DNA of 64,000 bases from Haliotis cracherodii (GCF_022045235.1 NW_027266319.1:55986001-56050000), one strand, 5' to 3'. Shown: positions 11,531-26,199, counted from the stretch's first letter. Numbers and translations: made by a program. The notes: generated from the sequence alone by a model not told the origin.

Positions 11531-14239
11531 TATTTGTTCATTTAGTAGTGGATATAACCAACGCAAAGTATCAATATGCATGTTTCAAAGTAGAGTAGAG
11601 GAATGCCTAATATGACGCAGGTAGTGGATGCGTATGGTGCTGGCAGGCCAATCTGAACCCACGACCAGATATTTGGGAAGAAAGCGGAAGTTGTATAAAG
11701 TAGTAGTATGAATTGTGTCATGTATTCATACGTCATACAGCTTAGCTACTGGTCTAGTGCAATGAGAAAAACTCAGTGATTCTTCGTCGGTTTGGAAATA
11801 GAGTGGTTCGTTTTGACAATGACATATTCATTGATCTGTGCATGATAATTATAGATGCATCCTTTCTGATGACATCGATCATACATTTGACCATTGTAAC
11901 ACATCATGAAATAGTAAAGTGTCAGTCAGCTACAGCTGAATATTCTTTGGTGTTTTTACAGTATTCATGAATAGACATTGTATTTAATGATGCATTACAA
12001 CCATAATTAAAAGTAATGTGATAAAAGTCAATATTGAAGAGTAACATCACCAGCATGTACGTGTGCATACCAACTCCTGTGGGGAACAGTTGGTATTATT
12101 GTAGTCCTGCCTTGCGAGTTGGGATCAACGCCGCTTTTAACAGTATTCCAGTTATATCACGGCCTGTCAGCTTAATGTGGGAGGAAAGTCTGAAGTGATG
12201 CAGGTTTCAAACGTTTACCACTTCGGTGAAACCCACGAGCACGGGTATGGTGCTGACAAACCTAGAAACACAAAGAAGAGGGACACCCGAGTAGGTGTAA
12301 ATACGCTACATGAAATTACACCAACCATCGGTTACACCGATTTTGGTTAGTCAGTCCAGATTTGGAAAGGTCAAAACCCGATGATGTCGTATTGGCCATT
12401 GACGCTAAAGTCATGAACATTTATTGAAAGGTGAGGACCCTCCATTCTGCATCCCTTGTTATCAATGTTTCAAATCATCATCTATTAAAGATCTTTTTCG
12501 TAGAATTAATTCTCGTTTAAATATTGGCTTTTAAAGGATATAGAATTATTTGAAATATTTTTGTTAATATTTTTTTAAAAACATGTTTTCAAATTCGCAA
12601 CTGAGATTGTTTGTGGTTGAATCCAAGTACAGTGATATCAGTGTCCCCCTGAGAGGGTACATACGTTCCACATGCATAATGTATATGTATTATTTGTATT
12701 TAACACCTTGAATGCTAACTCTAAATGCACACAGCCGTCTTGATGTACATATTATATTTATCTCTGTACTTTATGTATGCTCTTGTACCACCGTCGGTGG
12801 TCTATGGAGAATAAAGAATCTGATATCAGTGTCCCCCTGACAGGGTACATACGTTCCACATCTTTCAAAGTAAATTTAAACTGTCATATTTATAAGCGTA
12901 GTATATTTGTTAGTTTTAACTGGTGGATTAAACTGACTACACTTGCCAGCAGCTGAAGGGATAGTGTCAATTCTGCTGGGGAACCGTGCAGGTGGCAGAA
13001 GTATCGTCCCTACGGTTCCTTGTCCGTTTTTTATATTGTGTTGTTGTTGTCTTTTACATGCTCTCAACTTGATTTAATTTGAAACTGTGATAATCTAGTN
13101 NNNNNNNNNNNNNNNNNNNNNNNNNNNNNNNNNNNNNNNNNNNNNNNNNNNNNNNNNNNNNNNNNNNNNNNNNNNNNNNNNNNNNNNNNNNNNNNNNNNN
13201 NNNNNNNNNNNNNNNNNNNNNNNNNNNNNNNNNNNNNNNNNNNNNNNNNNNNNNNNNNNNNTCGTCATGATATGACTGAAATAGTGTATTGTCGATGTGA
13301 CGTTAACATTGAACTATCTCACTCACTCGCTTAACATAACGAGCCGTGAAGATCCGGGATAGAATAGGTCTTCAGCAAACCATAAGGCGACCATGCTTGT
13401 CGTAAGAAGCGACTAACGGGATCGGGTGGTTAGACTCGCCGACTTGGTTGATGCATGTCATCGAATACCAATTGCGTGGAATTATTTTCATGATATTAAT
13501 CACTGGATTGTCTGGTCCATACTCGATTATTTACAGACCGCCGTCATATAGCTGGACTATTGCTGAGTGCACCGTTCAACAACAAACAAACAATTAAACA
13601 TCATATACCTTTCTCATCTCATGATGATATTATTTGAATATATTTTTTTTAAAACTGCAAAAGATGTCAGTGTAGAACAATGTGAACATACATATGCTCA
13701 TGTCATATCTCCTTTTGAGGAACTACCTTTGCTGGTAATGTTGTACGATTAAACAAACAACAAACAAAACAAATATTGTATATCAGATATACTTGATATA
13801 ATATACATTTTGCTGATTATGTTGTTGTACGATTGCAGATCAATATTATGTTGAACGAGTTGGTGGTAGTGAACACATTAGAAATCAGATACAAGCATTA
13901 CATATTGGATCACCTGTTGTCTGAAATGACACCTGTAAAGACGTTTTTAATGAGCAAGACACAACAAAGGTGATTGTTATAATTATTTATTGAAACTATT
14001 GACTTGTGGGAACACTATTCAGGAATACATCCTCGAAATCGCCTTCAAAGTGCGATGCCAGTGTCTCTTCAATAGAGTGATCTACAAAAGAAATACATCA
14101 AATCATATGATCTTGGCATATTTGACATGAAATTATTGCTGAAGCATACATTTTCAGATACAGTTATGTTGAACGGATGACGGTTTCTACTGTATAAAAC
14201 GGATCATTGCAGTAAGATTTGCTCCACCTTACATTTGAC

Positions 14240-15455
14240 TCACTGCTCCAAGTTGTTGATGCTCCTTGCGAACTCTTCCAAACTCACGCTTGAGTCTCCT
14301 AAATGGAGAAAGGTTGTTGCAGTCAGTCAAAATAAATGTTCAGGAGTCAGATTTATTCGGGAAAAGGGTCCACATTACCCATGAGCGTCAAAACTAATAC
14401 AAACACTTGACAAATAATTACATTATTTTAAACATTTCATTTGTATCAATGAAGTTGAAGGCAAAAGCTCTTACCATTTTCATCTGAGAACGAAAGGAGC
14501 TCCATGGCCGATCGTCTGTCCATTAGCGCCTCAGCTTCGGACAGGTCAATTGTGCCGTCCATGTTTGTATCAAGGTTATCCACATTACGTTTGCCTTGAA
14601 AGAAAATAGTCATGTTTGGAAAGATACAAAATGAAAGAACACGAATGCATTTTCGGTTAAGGAATATGAGATAGTGGTCACTTTTAATCAGGCTATGAGT
14701 ATTGATATCAAATGAACATATTCATATACATCTACAGTAACATTCCAAAACATATACTCGTTTCCATTTCAAATCGTCATCGTATGTAGCTCTTCGGCTG
14801 GCTGACTAAGATTTACATCAAAACAAATAGCGAACACCATTCTGTCTCATTCTGTAGTGCTTAATGACATGATCACATTTTCATTATGTTCGTTTTCTAG
14901 AATAGACTAGTCCATGTAATATTTTCATACATTCAAAAACAATGTTCGGTGTCCGTTTTCGTTCAGCAATATTCCAGGTAATATAACAGTGGGACTTAAA
15001 TAACTGGGTGTGGCACAGACAATCCAGTGACTTATATCATGAGCATCGGTCTACACAACTGCATGATTATAGAAAGCATCCTGTCGGTTACAATTTTTAC
15101 ACTGAAAGCAGAGTTGGCCTTTTAGTCATTTAATTTATTACTTTCATTTGAACCTGATGTAAAAGAGAGACAATAATGTACTTGACACATCACCGATTTG
15201 GTCCTACTACAGCCGCTCATTGTTCTATAACTTAAACCGTAACTCCATTACAGTTTGGGAAAATAGAAGATACTGTAGGTCAGGCACTTAATGAAGTACT
15301 CTTTGGCTTCACTCACCCAACAACACCCTGGCTCCAATCTTTGCTATTGTGCCAACTGTGCGCCATCTAACGAACCGTCGTCTCCGTCGTCCCCAGGCAT
15401 CAGACTGAGGGATGGAGACTATGGCCACAAGCAGGAGGACAAGGAACAAACGCAT
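14240..15455 (-). CDS. Cationic peptide/EF-hand precursor, copy A4
   Basis: Minus-strand coding exons 15455-15317, 14594-14475 and 14298-14240. Splice sites intact; same 105-aa protein as A2. Confidence 0.9.
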
Positions 15456-15974
15456 CTTGGGATGTATTCTGCAGTGAAAATAAATTGTTTTAGCGTGTGA
15501 GCGAGTTGGGTTTAACGCAGCTATTAACAGTTATATCACGGCGTGTCAGCTTAATATGGGAGGGAAGGCCGCAGTGATGCAGGTTTTAGACGTTTACCAC
15601 TTCGGCGAGACCCACGAGCACGGGTATGGTGCTTACAAACGTAGAAACATAATCGGGGTGAACCGGGATTCAAACCCACAATCTGGCGTGCCCAAGGAAC
15701 GCAACTCAGCACAGCGAATTGCGGTGCCTTAGACGACTGAGCCCCCCGTGCCCCACTGAATTGTTTTAAGAAGCTGCATTCTCATGTGGGTGTGATTATT
15801 GTTGCTGATTGCCTTATGAAACGTTGATTGCTTAAGATGTAATGGATTTGACGACTGACTATCATTACAAACAATTAAATCCTCAGTTAAATCCACATTT
15901 TGTAACCAATGAAAACTGAAATGATAAGTTACACGTAAACTAATCAGACAGATAGTGCATAAAGTATTACTCAC

Positions 15975-16031
15975 CAGAAGGACACGAGACAGGTCACAGT
16001 TGTTATGAATGTCGTGTCCCTGGTATTTATA
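15975..16031 (-). promoter_or_regulatory. TATA box and non-coding exon 1 of A4
   Basis: Same motifs as A2 on the minus strand. Confidence 0.7.
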
Positions 16032-18521
16032 CATTCTTTCCATTCATCAACCCGTGAAGTGAATCTGTTGCCAAAATATGTTAAGTGCCTGTTTGACAGA
16101 AACGTGCAAATGTAAATATGAAAAGAGATAAGTATCTACTTAGTCCACACCTCCTAATTGTCCTCTTTACAAGGGCTGTGTGTGAAGTGTATTTATGTGT
16201 GATATCTATTTTTTTAAATTGTTTGAGAATATTTAAAAGAAACTTATCACACCTCCATGTCAGAATATTCAGATCTAATTGGTTCATTTGATACTGATAA
16301 AACTCTACGTATCTCAAGTGGGAGGGAAATACATTTCTGAGTGGGAAAATATATCCCGTATACCCCGACATGAAAAAAACCAGGCTACACGTGTATTCAT
16401 GAGCGAGGCCATATATATTGCACCCTGCTACGAAGCACAAAGCTGCACATTGTTTACGAGTCAAAGAACGACACGAGAGACATCACAAGTTACCCTTAGC
16501 TCATTCGAGCAGTGGTTTTCGATCTGTTTTCAATTTGTTTTAATTTTGAATCGTTGTGGCAGTATCACACGGGGTATATGTGAATTTGCGTGTCCCACGT
16601 TAGGTTTTAAACCACGAGCTGGATACTGCCACAACTTCTAATATTTGTGTACCAGAGGTGTATATGGCCATCTCTGAGAAAAACATATTTTCCATTCAGC
16701 AAACACTGGAGGCCTTCAAAACAACTGATGCATGAAAATACCACTGGGTCACAGGTCAATTGAATTTATTGTATAAGCGCACTTTACAGATATTGTCTCG
16801 GTGGGGCGTCCTCTGGCCACTTTGGTTCAGCTGCTGTCACATCTGTCAATCACTTTAACATACATCACAGGGGAAAGGTCAACAAGAAAGGTGACATCGA
16901 TTTCGAGTAGTTCACATAAGTTTGATAAATACATGATCCCTATGTTTGAAGTAATTTGTTACTTATTGAATATTGAGTCACGGTCAAAACATTGTTTTCT
17001 ATTCTTCCTTGTAATGACAAACATGTATATACCATATCGCCAAAGCTTGAACCTTAAAAAACACTTGGGACAGAGAATTCGAAATTCGTCGTAGTTCTTA
17101 AGTTCTTAAATGTGTACCCGAGTCTGTAAATGTGTACGTGAGGCTATTGTTGTGCATATAATACAGCACTTAAGTAACTGTAATGTCTTCAAATCTGCAC
17201 ATACACCATTTCGCAAACTACAATGTATATTTATCTATGCTGTAAAACAATATACACTCAAACCTCGCTGAATCCTCCAGAGCGCAAAGAGAAATTCTGT
17301 CTCTGTTGTGGAACAAGAAATTCCGGTTTTTTTCCACGATCTACCCCAAGCATACCAAGAATATCAAATGGCCAGTCAACAACATAATACATAAATAATA
17401 CATAAACACACTTCATATACACCCCTCCCGAAGAGGACAATTAGAAAGTGTGAACTAAAGTAGATACTTATCTTAGCTAAGCTGTATGACTTGCGTCTTG
17501 TTATTCGTACAGTCAAGCTACAGAATGACACCCAATTGCTTACAACTGATATGTAATTTTGTAGATCCAAAATAAAAGAAACCCAAACATTTGCATGTTT
17601 ATAGAAAGCATCTTGTCGGGTACAAGTTTTAAATTGAAAGCAGAGTTGTATGTAAATTTGTAGATCCAAAATAAAATAAACCAAAATTTTGGTTAAAGTG
17701 GTTAACAGATGTGACAGCAGCTGAACCAAAGTGGCCAGAGGACGCCCCACCGACACAATATCTGTAAAGTGCGCTTATACAATAAAGTCAATTGACCTGT
17801 GACCCAGTGGTAATTTCATGCATCAGTTGTTTTGAAGGCCTCCAGTGTTTGCTGAATGGAAAATATATGTTTTTCTCAGAGATGGCCATATACACCTCTG
17901 GAACACAAATATTAGAAATTGTAGCAGTATCCAGCTCGTGGTTTAAAACCTAACGTGGGACGCACAAATTCACATATACCCCGTGTGATACTGCCACAAC
18001 GATTCAAAATTAAAACAAATTGAAAACAGATCGAAAACCACTGCTCGAATGAGCTAAGGGTAACTTGTGATGTCTCTCGTGTCGTTCTTTGACTCGTAAA
18101 CAATGTGCAGCTTTGTGCTTCGTAGCAGGGTGCAATATATATGGCCTCGCTCATGAATACACGTGCAGCATGTTTTCTTCATGTCGGGGTATACGGGATA
18201 TATTGTCCCACTCAGAAATGTATTTCCCTCCCACTTGAGATACGTAGAGTTTTATCAGTATCACATGAACCAATTAGATCTGAATATTCTGACATGGAGG
18301 TGTGATAAGTTTCTTTTAAATATTCTCAAACAAAAAATTTAAAAATAAATATCACACACAAATACACTTCACACAAACCCTCGTAAAGAGGACAATTAGG
18401 AGGTGTGGACTAAGTAGATACTTATCTCTTTTCATATTTACATTTGCACGTTTCTGTCAAACAGGCACTTAACATATTTTGGCAACAGATTCACTTCACG
18501 GGTTGATGAATGGAAAGAATG

Positions 18522-18578
18522 TATAAATACCAGGGACACGACATTCATAACAACTGTGACCTGTCTCGTGTCCTTCTG
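18522..18578 (+). promoter_or_regulatory. TATA box and non-coding exon 1 of A5
   Basis: Same motifs as A2. Confidence 0.7.
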
Positions 18579-19096
18579 GTGAGTAATACTTTATGCACTA
18601 TCTGTCTGATTAGTTTACGTGTAACTTATCATTTCAGTTGGCATTGGTTACAAAATGTGGATTTAACTGAGGATTAATTGTTTGTAATGATAGTCAGTCG
18701 TCAAATCCATTACATCTTAAGCAATCAACGTTTCATAAGGCAATCAGCAACAATAATCACACCCACATGAGAATGCAGCTTCTTAAAACAATTCAGTGGG
18801 GCACGGGGGGCTCAGTCGTCTAAGGCGCCGCAATTCGCTGTGCTGAGTTGCGTTCCTTGGGCACGCCAGATTGTGGGTTTGAATCCCGGTTCACCCCGAT
18901 TATGTTTCTACGTTTGTAAGCACCATACCCGTGCTCGTGGGTCTCGCCGAAGTGGTAAACGTCTAAAACCTGCATCACTGCGGCCTTCCCTCCCATATTA
19001 AGCTGACACGCCGTGATATAACTGTTAATAGCTGCGTTAAACCCAACTCGCTCACACGCTAAAACAATTTATTTTCACTGCAGAATACATCCCAAG

Positions 19097-20312
19097 ATGC
19101 GTTTGTTCCTTGTCCTCCTGCTTGTGGCCATAGTCTCCATCCCTCAGTCTGATGCCTGGGGACGACGGAGACGACGGTTCGTTAGATGGCGCACAGTTGG
19201 CACAATAGCAAAGATTGGAGCCAGGGTGTTGTTGGGTGAGTGAAGCCAAAGAGTACTTCATTAAGTGCCTGACATACAGTATCTTCTATTTTCCCAAACT
19301 GTAATGGAGTTACGGTTTAAGTTATAGAACAATGAGCGGCTGTAGTAGGACCAAATCGGTGATGTGTCAAGTACATTAACGTCTCTCTTTTACATCAGGT
19401 TCAAATGAAAGTAATAAATTAAATGACTAAAAGGCCAACTCTGCTTTCAGTGTAAAAATTGTAACTGACAGGATGCTTTCTATAATCATGCAGTTGTGTA
19501 GACCGATGCTCATGATATAAGTCACTGGATTGTCTGTGCCACACCCAGTTATTTAAGTCCCACTGTTATATTACCTGGAATATTGCTGAACAAAAACGGA
19601 CACCGAACATTGTTTTTGAATGTATGAAAATATTACATGGACTAGTCTATTCTAGAAAACGAACATAATGAAAATGTGATCATGTCATTAAGCACTACAG
19701 AATGAGACAGAATGGTATTCGCTATTTGTTTTGATGTAAATCTTAGTCAGCCAGCCGAAGAGCTACATACGATGACGATTTGAAATGGAAACGAGTATAT
19801 GTTTTGGAATGTTACTGTAGATGTATATGAATATGTTCATTTGATATCAATACTCATAGCCTGATTAAAAGTGACCACTATCTCATATTCCTTAACCGAA
19901 AATGCATTCGTGTTCTTTCATTTTGTATCTTTCCAAACATGACTATTTTCTTTCAAGGCAAACGTAATGTGGATAACCTTGATACAAACATGGACGGCAC
20001 AATTGACCTGTCCGAAGCTGAGACGCTAATGGACAGACGATCGGCCATGGAGCTCCTTTCGTTCTCAGATGAAAATGGTAAGAGCTTTTGCCTTCAACTT
20101 CATTGATACAAATGAAATGTTTAAAATAATGTAATTATTTGTCAAGTGTTTGTATTAGTTTTGACGCTCATGGGTAATGTGGACCCTTTTCCCGAATAAA
20201 TCTGACTCCTGAACATTTATTCTGACTGACTGCAACAACCTTTCTCCATTTAGGAGACTCAAGCGTGAGTTTGGAAGAGTTCGCAAGGAGCATCAACAAC
20301 TTGGAGCAGTGA
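19097..20312 (+). CDS. Cationic peptide/EF-hand precursor, copy A5
   Basis: Coding exons 19097-19235, 19958-20077 and 20254-20312. One substitution in the propeptide (EAEALM to EAETLM); mature peptide unchanged. Confidence 0.9.
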
Positions 20313-21290
20313 GTCAAATGTAAGGTGGAGCAAATCTTACTGCAATGATCCGTTTTATACAGTAGAAACCGTCATCCGTTCAACACAACTGTATCTGAAA
20401 ATGTATGCTTCAGCAATAATTTCATGTCAAATATGCCAAGATCATATGATTTGATGTATTTCTTTTGTAGATCACTCTATTGAAGAGACACTGGCATCGC
20501 ACTTTGAAGGCAATTTCGAGGATGTATTCCTGAATAGTGTTCCCACAAGTCAATAGTTTCAATAAATAATTATAACAATCACCTTTGTTGTGTCTTGCTC
20601 ATTAAAGACGTCTTTACAGGTGTCATTTCAGACAACAGGTGATCCAATATGTAATGCTTGTATCTGTTTTCTAATGTGTTCACTGCCACCATCTCGTTCA
20701 ACATAATATTGATTTTCAATCGTACAACAACATAATCAGCAAAATGTATATTATGTCAAGTATATCTGATATACAATATTTGTTTTGTTTGTTGTTTGTT
20801 TAATCGTGCAACAATACCAGCAAAGGTAGTTCCTCAAAAGGAGATATGACATGAGCATATGTATGTTCACATTGTTCTACACTGACATCTTTTGCAGTTA
20901 TAAAAAAAATATATTCAAATAATATCATCATGAGATGAGAATGGTATATGATGTTTAATTGTTTGTTTGTTGTTGAACGGTGCACTCAGCAATATTCCAG
21001 CTATATGACGGCGGTCTGTAAATAATCGAGTATGGACCAGACAATCCAGTGATTGATATCATGAAAATAATTCCACCCAATTGGTATTCGATGACATGCA
21101 TCAACCAAGTCAGCGAGCCTAACCACCCGATCCCGTTTGAATACGACAAGCATGGTCGCCTTATGGTTTGCTGAAAACCTATTCTATCCCGGATCTTCAC
21201 GGCTCGTTATGTTAAGCGAGTGAGTGAGATAGTTCAATGTTAACGTCACATCGACAATACACTATTTCAGTCATATCAGTTATACATTCC

Positions 21291-21379
<89 letters not shown>

Positions 21380-22436
21380 AGTGATGCACAGTATCATAAC
21401 TAGATTATCACAGTTTCAAATTAAATCAAGTTGAGAGCATGTAAAAGACAACAACAACAACACAATATAAAAAACGGACAAGGAACCGTAGGGACGATAC
21501 TTCTGCCACCTGCACGGTTCCCCAGCAGAATTGACACTATCCCTTCAGCTGCTGGCAAGTGTAGTCAGTTTAATCCACCAGTTAAAACTAACAAATATAC
21601 TACGCTTAAAAATGTGACAGTTTAAATTTACTTTGAAAGATGTGGAACGTATGTACCCCGTCAGCCGTCTTGATGTACATATCATATTTATCTCTGTACT
21701 TTATGTATGCTCTTGTACCACCGTCGGTGGTCTATGGAGAATAAAGAATCTGATATCAGTGTCACCCTGACAGGGTACATACGTCCCACATCTTTCAAAG
21801 TAAATTTAAACTATCACATTTATAAGCGTAGTTTATTTGTTAAACGGTTAACTGCAAAAGATGTCAGTGTAGAACAATGTGAACATACATATGCTCATGT
21901 CATAACTCCTTTTGAGGAACTACCTTTGCTGGTATTGTTGTACGATTAAACAAACAACAAACAAAACAAATATTGTATATCAGATATACTTGATATAATA
22001 TACATTTTGCTGATTATGTTGTTGTACGATTGCAGATCAATATTATGTTGAACGAGATGGTGGCAGTGAACACATTGGAAAACAGATACAAGCATTACGT
22101 ATTGGATCACCTGTTGTCTGAAATGACACCTGTAAAGACGTCTTTAATGAGCAAGACACAACAAAGGTGATTGTTATAATTATTTATTGAAACTATTGAC
22201 TTGTGGGAACACTATTCAGGAATACATCCTCGAAATTGCCTTCAAAGTGCGATGCCAGTGTCTCTTCAATAGAGTGATCTACAAAAGAAATACATCAAAT
22301 CATATGATCTTGGCATATTTGACATGAAATTATTGCTGAAGCATACATTTTCAGATACAGTTATGTTGAACGGATGACGGTTTCTACTGTATAAAACGGA
22401 TCATTGCAGTAAGATTTGCTCCACCTTACATTTGAC

Positions 22437-23659
22437 TCACTGCTCCAAGTTGTTGATGCTCCTTGCGAACTCTTCCAAACTCACGCTTGAGTCTCCTAAA
22501 TGGAGAAAGGTTGTTGCAGTCAGTCAGAATAAATGTTCAGGAGTCAGATTTATTCGGGAAAAGGGTCCACATTACCCATGAGAGTAAAACAATACAAACA
22601 TTTGACAAATAATTACATTATTTTAAAAGTAATAAACATTTCATTTGTATCAATGAAGTTGAAGGCAAAAGCTCTTACCATTTTCATCTGAGAACGAAAG
22701 GAGCTCCATGGCCGATCGTCTGTCCATTAGCGTCTCAGCTTCGGACAGGTCAATTGTGCCGTCCATGTTTGTATCAAGGTTATCCACATTACGTTTGCCT
22801 TGAAAGAAAATAGTCATGTTTGGAAAGATACAAAATGAAAGAACACGAATGCATTTTCGGTTAAGGAATATGAGATAGTGGTCACTTTTAATCAGGCTAT
22901 GAGTATTGATATCAAATGAACATATTCATATACATCTACAGTAACATTCCAAAACATATACTCGTTTCCATTTCAAATCGTCATCGTATATAGCTCTTCG
23001 GCTGGCTGACTAAGATTTACATCAAAACAAATAGCGAACACCATTCTGTCTCATCCTGTAGTGCTTAATGACATGATCACATTTTCATTATGTTCGTTTT
23101 CTAGAATAGACTAGTCCATGTAATATTTTCATACATTCAAAAACAATGTTCGGTGTCCGTTTTCGTTCAGCAATATTCCAGGTAATATAACAGTGGGACT
23201 TAAATAACTGGGTGTGGCACAGACAATCCAGTGACTTATATCATGAGCATCGGTCTACACAACTGCATAATTATAGAAAGCATCCTTTCGGTTACAATTT
23301 TTACACTGAAAGCAGAGTTGGCCTTTTAGTCATTTAATTTATTACTTTCATTTGAACCTGATGTAAAAGAGAGACGTTAATGTACTTGATACATCACCGA
23401 TTTGGTCCTACTACAGCTGCTCATTGTTCTATAACTTAAACCGTAACTCCATTACAGTTTGGGAAAATAGAAGATACTGTATGTGAGGCACTTAATGAAG
23501 TACTCTTTGGCTTCACTCACCCAACAACACCCTGGCTCCAATCTTTGCTATTGTGCCAACTGTGCGCCATCTAACGAACCGTCGTCTCCGTCGTCCCCAG
23601 GCATCAGACTGAGGGATGGAGACTATGGCCACAAGCAGGAGGACAAGGAACAAACGCAT
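22437..23659 (-). CDS. Cationic peptide/EF-hand precursor, copy A6
   Basis: Minus-strand coding exons 23659-23521, 22798-22679 and 22495-22437. Carries the EAETLM variant; splice sites intact. Confidence 0.9.
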
Positions 23660-24177
23660 CTTGGGATGTATTCTGCAGTGAAAATAAATTGTTTTAGCGT
23701 GTGAGCGAGTTGGGTTTAACGCAGCTATTAACAGTTATATCACGGCGTGTCAGCTCAATATGGGAGGGAAGGCCGCAGTGATGCAGGTTTTAGACGTTTA
23801 CCACTTCGGCGAGACCCACGAGCACGGGTATGGTGCTTACAAACGTAGAAACATAATCGGGGTGAACCGGGATTCAAACCCACAATCTGGCGTGCCCAAG
23901 GAACGCAACTCAGCACAGCGAATTGCGGCGCCTTAGACGACTGAGCCCCCCGTGCCCCACTGAATTGTTTTAAGAAGCCGTATTCTCATGTGGTGTGATT
24001 ATTGTTGCTGATTGCCTCATGAAACGTTGATTGCTTAAGATGTAATGGGTTTGACGACTGACTATCATTACAAACAATTAAATCCTCAGTTAAATCCACA
24101 TTTTGTAACCAATGAAAACTGAAATGATAAGTTACACGTAAACTAATCAGACAGATAGTGCATAAAGTATTACTCAC

Positions 24178-24234
24178 CAGAAGGACACGAGACAGGTCAC
24201 AGTTGTTATGAATGTCGTGTCCCTGGTATTTATA
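24178..24234 (-). promoter_or_regulatory. TATA box and non-coding exon 1 of A6
   Basis: TATATAAATA variant plus GTGAGT donor on the minus strand. Confidence 0.7.
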
Positions 24235-25229
24235 TATTCTTTCCATTCATCAACCCGTGAAGTGAATCTGTTGCCAAAATATGTTAAGTGCCTGTTTGAC
24301 AGAAACGTGCAAATGTAAATATGAAAAGAGATAAGTATCTACTTAGTCCACACCTCCTTATTGTTGGGTTGGGTATGAAGTGTGTTTGTGTGTGATATTG
24401 ATTGAATGGCCATTTGATATTCTTGGGGTGATGGGGGTAATCAGTGAAAAAGGATTTGAAGAAATTACAGTTACGGAAGTGATGCATTATATGCACAACA
24501 ATAGCCTCGGGTACATATTTGAAAGACTAACTTACGAGCTGCGACGAATTACGGATTCTGTGTCCCCAGCGTACCTGTTTTGTAGGTTTCAAGCCATGGC
24601 GATATGGTATACATATGTTTGTGAATACAAGTAGGAATAGAAAAATACTTCGATCGTGATTCATAGGTTCTCAGAGAATGAACTCTACAATATTCAATGA
24701 GAAAGAAATTAGTTTAAACAAAGAGATCATGCATTTTTCACACTTAAGTAAACTACCCCAATTTGATATCACCTTTCTTGTTGACCTTTCCTGTGTGATA
24801 TATGTTAAAGTGATTGACAGATGTGACAGCAGCTGAACCAAAGTGGCCACAGGACGCCCCACCGAGACAATATCTGTAAAGTGCGCTTATACATTAAATT
24901 CAATTGACCCGTGACCCAGTGGTATTTTCATAATGCGTCAGTTGTTTTGATGGCTTCCAGTGTTTGCTGAATGGAAAATATATTTTTCTCAGAGATGGCC
25001 ATATGCACCACTGGTTCACAAATATTAGAAGTTGTAGCAATATACGGCACCTGATATTAAACCTTACGTGGAACGTATAAAATCACATATACCACGTGTG
25101 ATAATGTCACAACGATTATATCTTACTTCCCCGTTTCAATCGGCCATTGTAAAAGAATTGAAAACAGATAGAAAACAGCTGTTCGAATGAGCTGAGGTAT
25201 ACATTGATAACATACAACACAATATGAAA

Positions 25230-25610
25230 ACGGACAGGAGATTACCAAACAATTGGCCCAAAACATGCAGCCTGTTTCCTTCATAGCGGGGTATACAGGA
25301 TTTACATAAGTGTTCCTACAAGTAAATGGTTTCAATATATCGTTATAACAATCACCTTTGTCATGCCTTGCACATTAGATGTCTTAACAGCAGGTGATCC
25401 GATATGTCATGCTTGTAACAGATTTGCAATGTTTCATTGCCACAATCTCCTTCAAGATATGGATCTGCAATCGTACAAAAACATTATCAGCAAAAGTAGT
25501 TCCTCAAAGAGTTTTTCCATAAGGGTATGGATGTTTGCATTGTTTCACATTGAGATCTTTTGTAGTTTGTTTTCGAACATATCTAAAAAATATCATCATT
25601 AGATGAGACG
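25230..25610 (+). pseudogene. Scar of a deleted A copy: upstream promoter sequence fused directly to the 3' UTR end
   Basis: gcagcctgtttccttcatagcggggtatacagga (homologous to 3271-3305) joins gtgttcctacaagtaaatggtttcaatatatcgttataacaatcacctttg (homologous to 5651-5701, with AATAAA mutated). An inverted copy of the same junction lies at about 27520-27605. Confidence 0.7.
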
Positions 25611-26199
25611 AGACCCCTGTGAAGATCCAGGGTAGAATAGGTCTTCTCAACCCATGCTTCCCGTACAAGGCGGTTATGCTTGTCGTAAGAGGCGACTAAC
25701 GAGATCGGGTGGTCAGACTCGCTGACTTGGTTGATGCATGTCATCAATCCCAAATGCGTGGATCGATGCTCATGATATAAATCACTGGATTGTCTGGTCC
25801 AGACTCGATTATTTACAGACCGCCGTCAACAAACCAACAACAACGACAACAACTCAACATGATACATTAAAATCATCAACAATTAATGACCCATCAAGAG
25901 AGCCATTTACAACCTTAGGTCATCTATTTATTTAACGTTACCTATTATATGCTTACCTTGCGGGACACCCTGATTGTAATCGTAAATATCAGACAAGGTG
26001 GAACCCATATGTTCCTGGAAAGGCCCCATCTCATTCAGATCTTTTAAAATTCCATATTTCCAGATGGTATCATAAGCTTTCTCTCAGTCGGAAAGTTTTG
26101 ATATAGTGTGTTGTTTATTTATTATGCCATTTTTAACAAACGTTTCCAATCGCACCAAATGGTCAATGCTGCTTCTATTTTTCCTACACTTCTTCATCA

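Larger units (their letters stand above)
6626..16590. repeat. Tail-to-tail inverted duplication A3/A4 (arms about 6626-11038 and 12116-16590; spacer about 1.08 kb)
   Basis: 12116 onward is the reverse complement of 11038 backwards; both inner ends fall in a SINE 3' tail. Confidence 0.88.
14759..21660. repeat. Second head-to-head palindrome A4/A5, a direct repeat of the A1/A2 block
   Basis: 14759 onward repeats window position 1 onward, including the same spacer (about 16860-17690). Confidence 0.9.
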
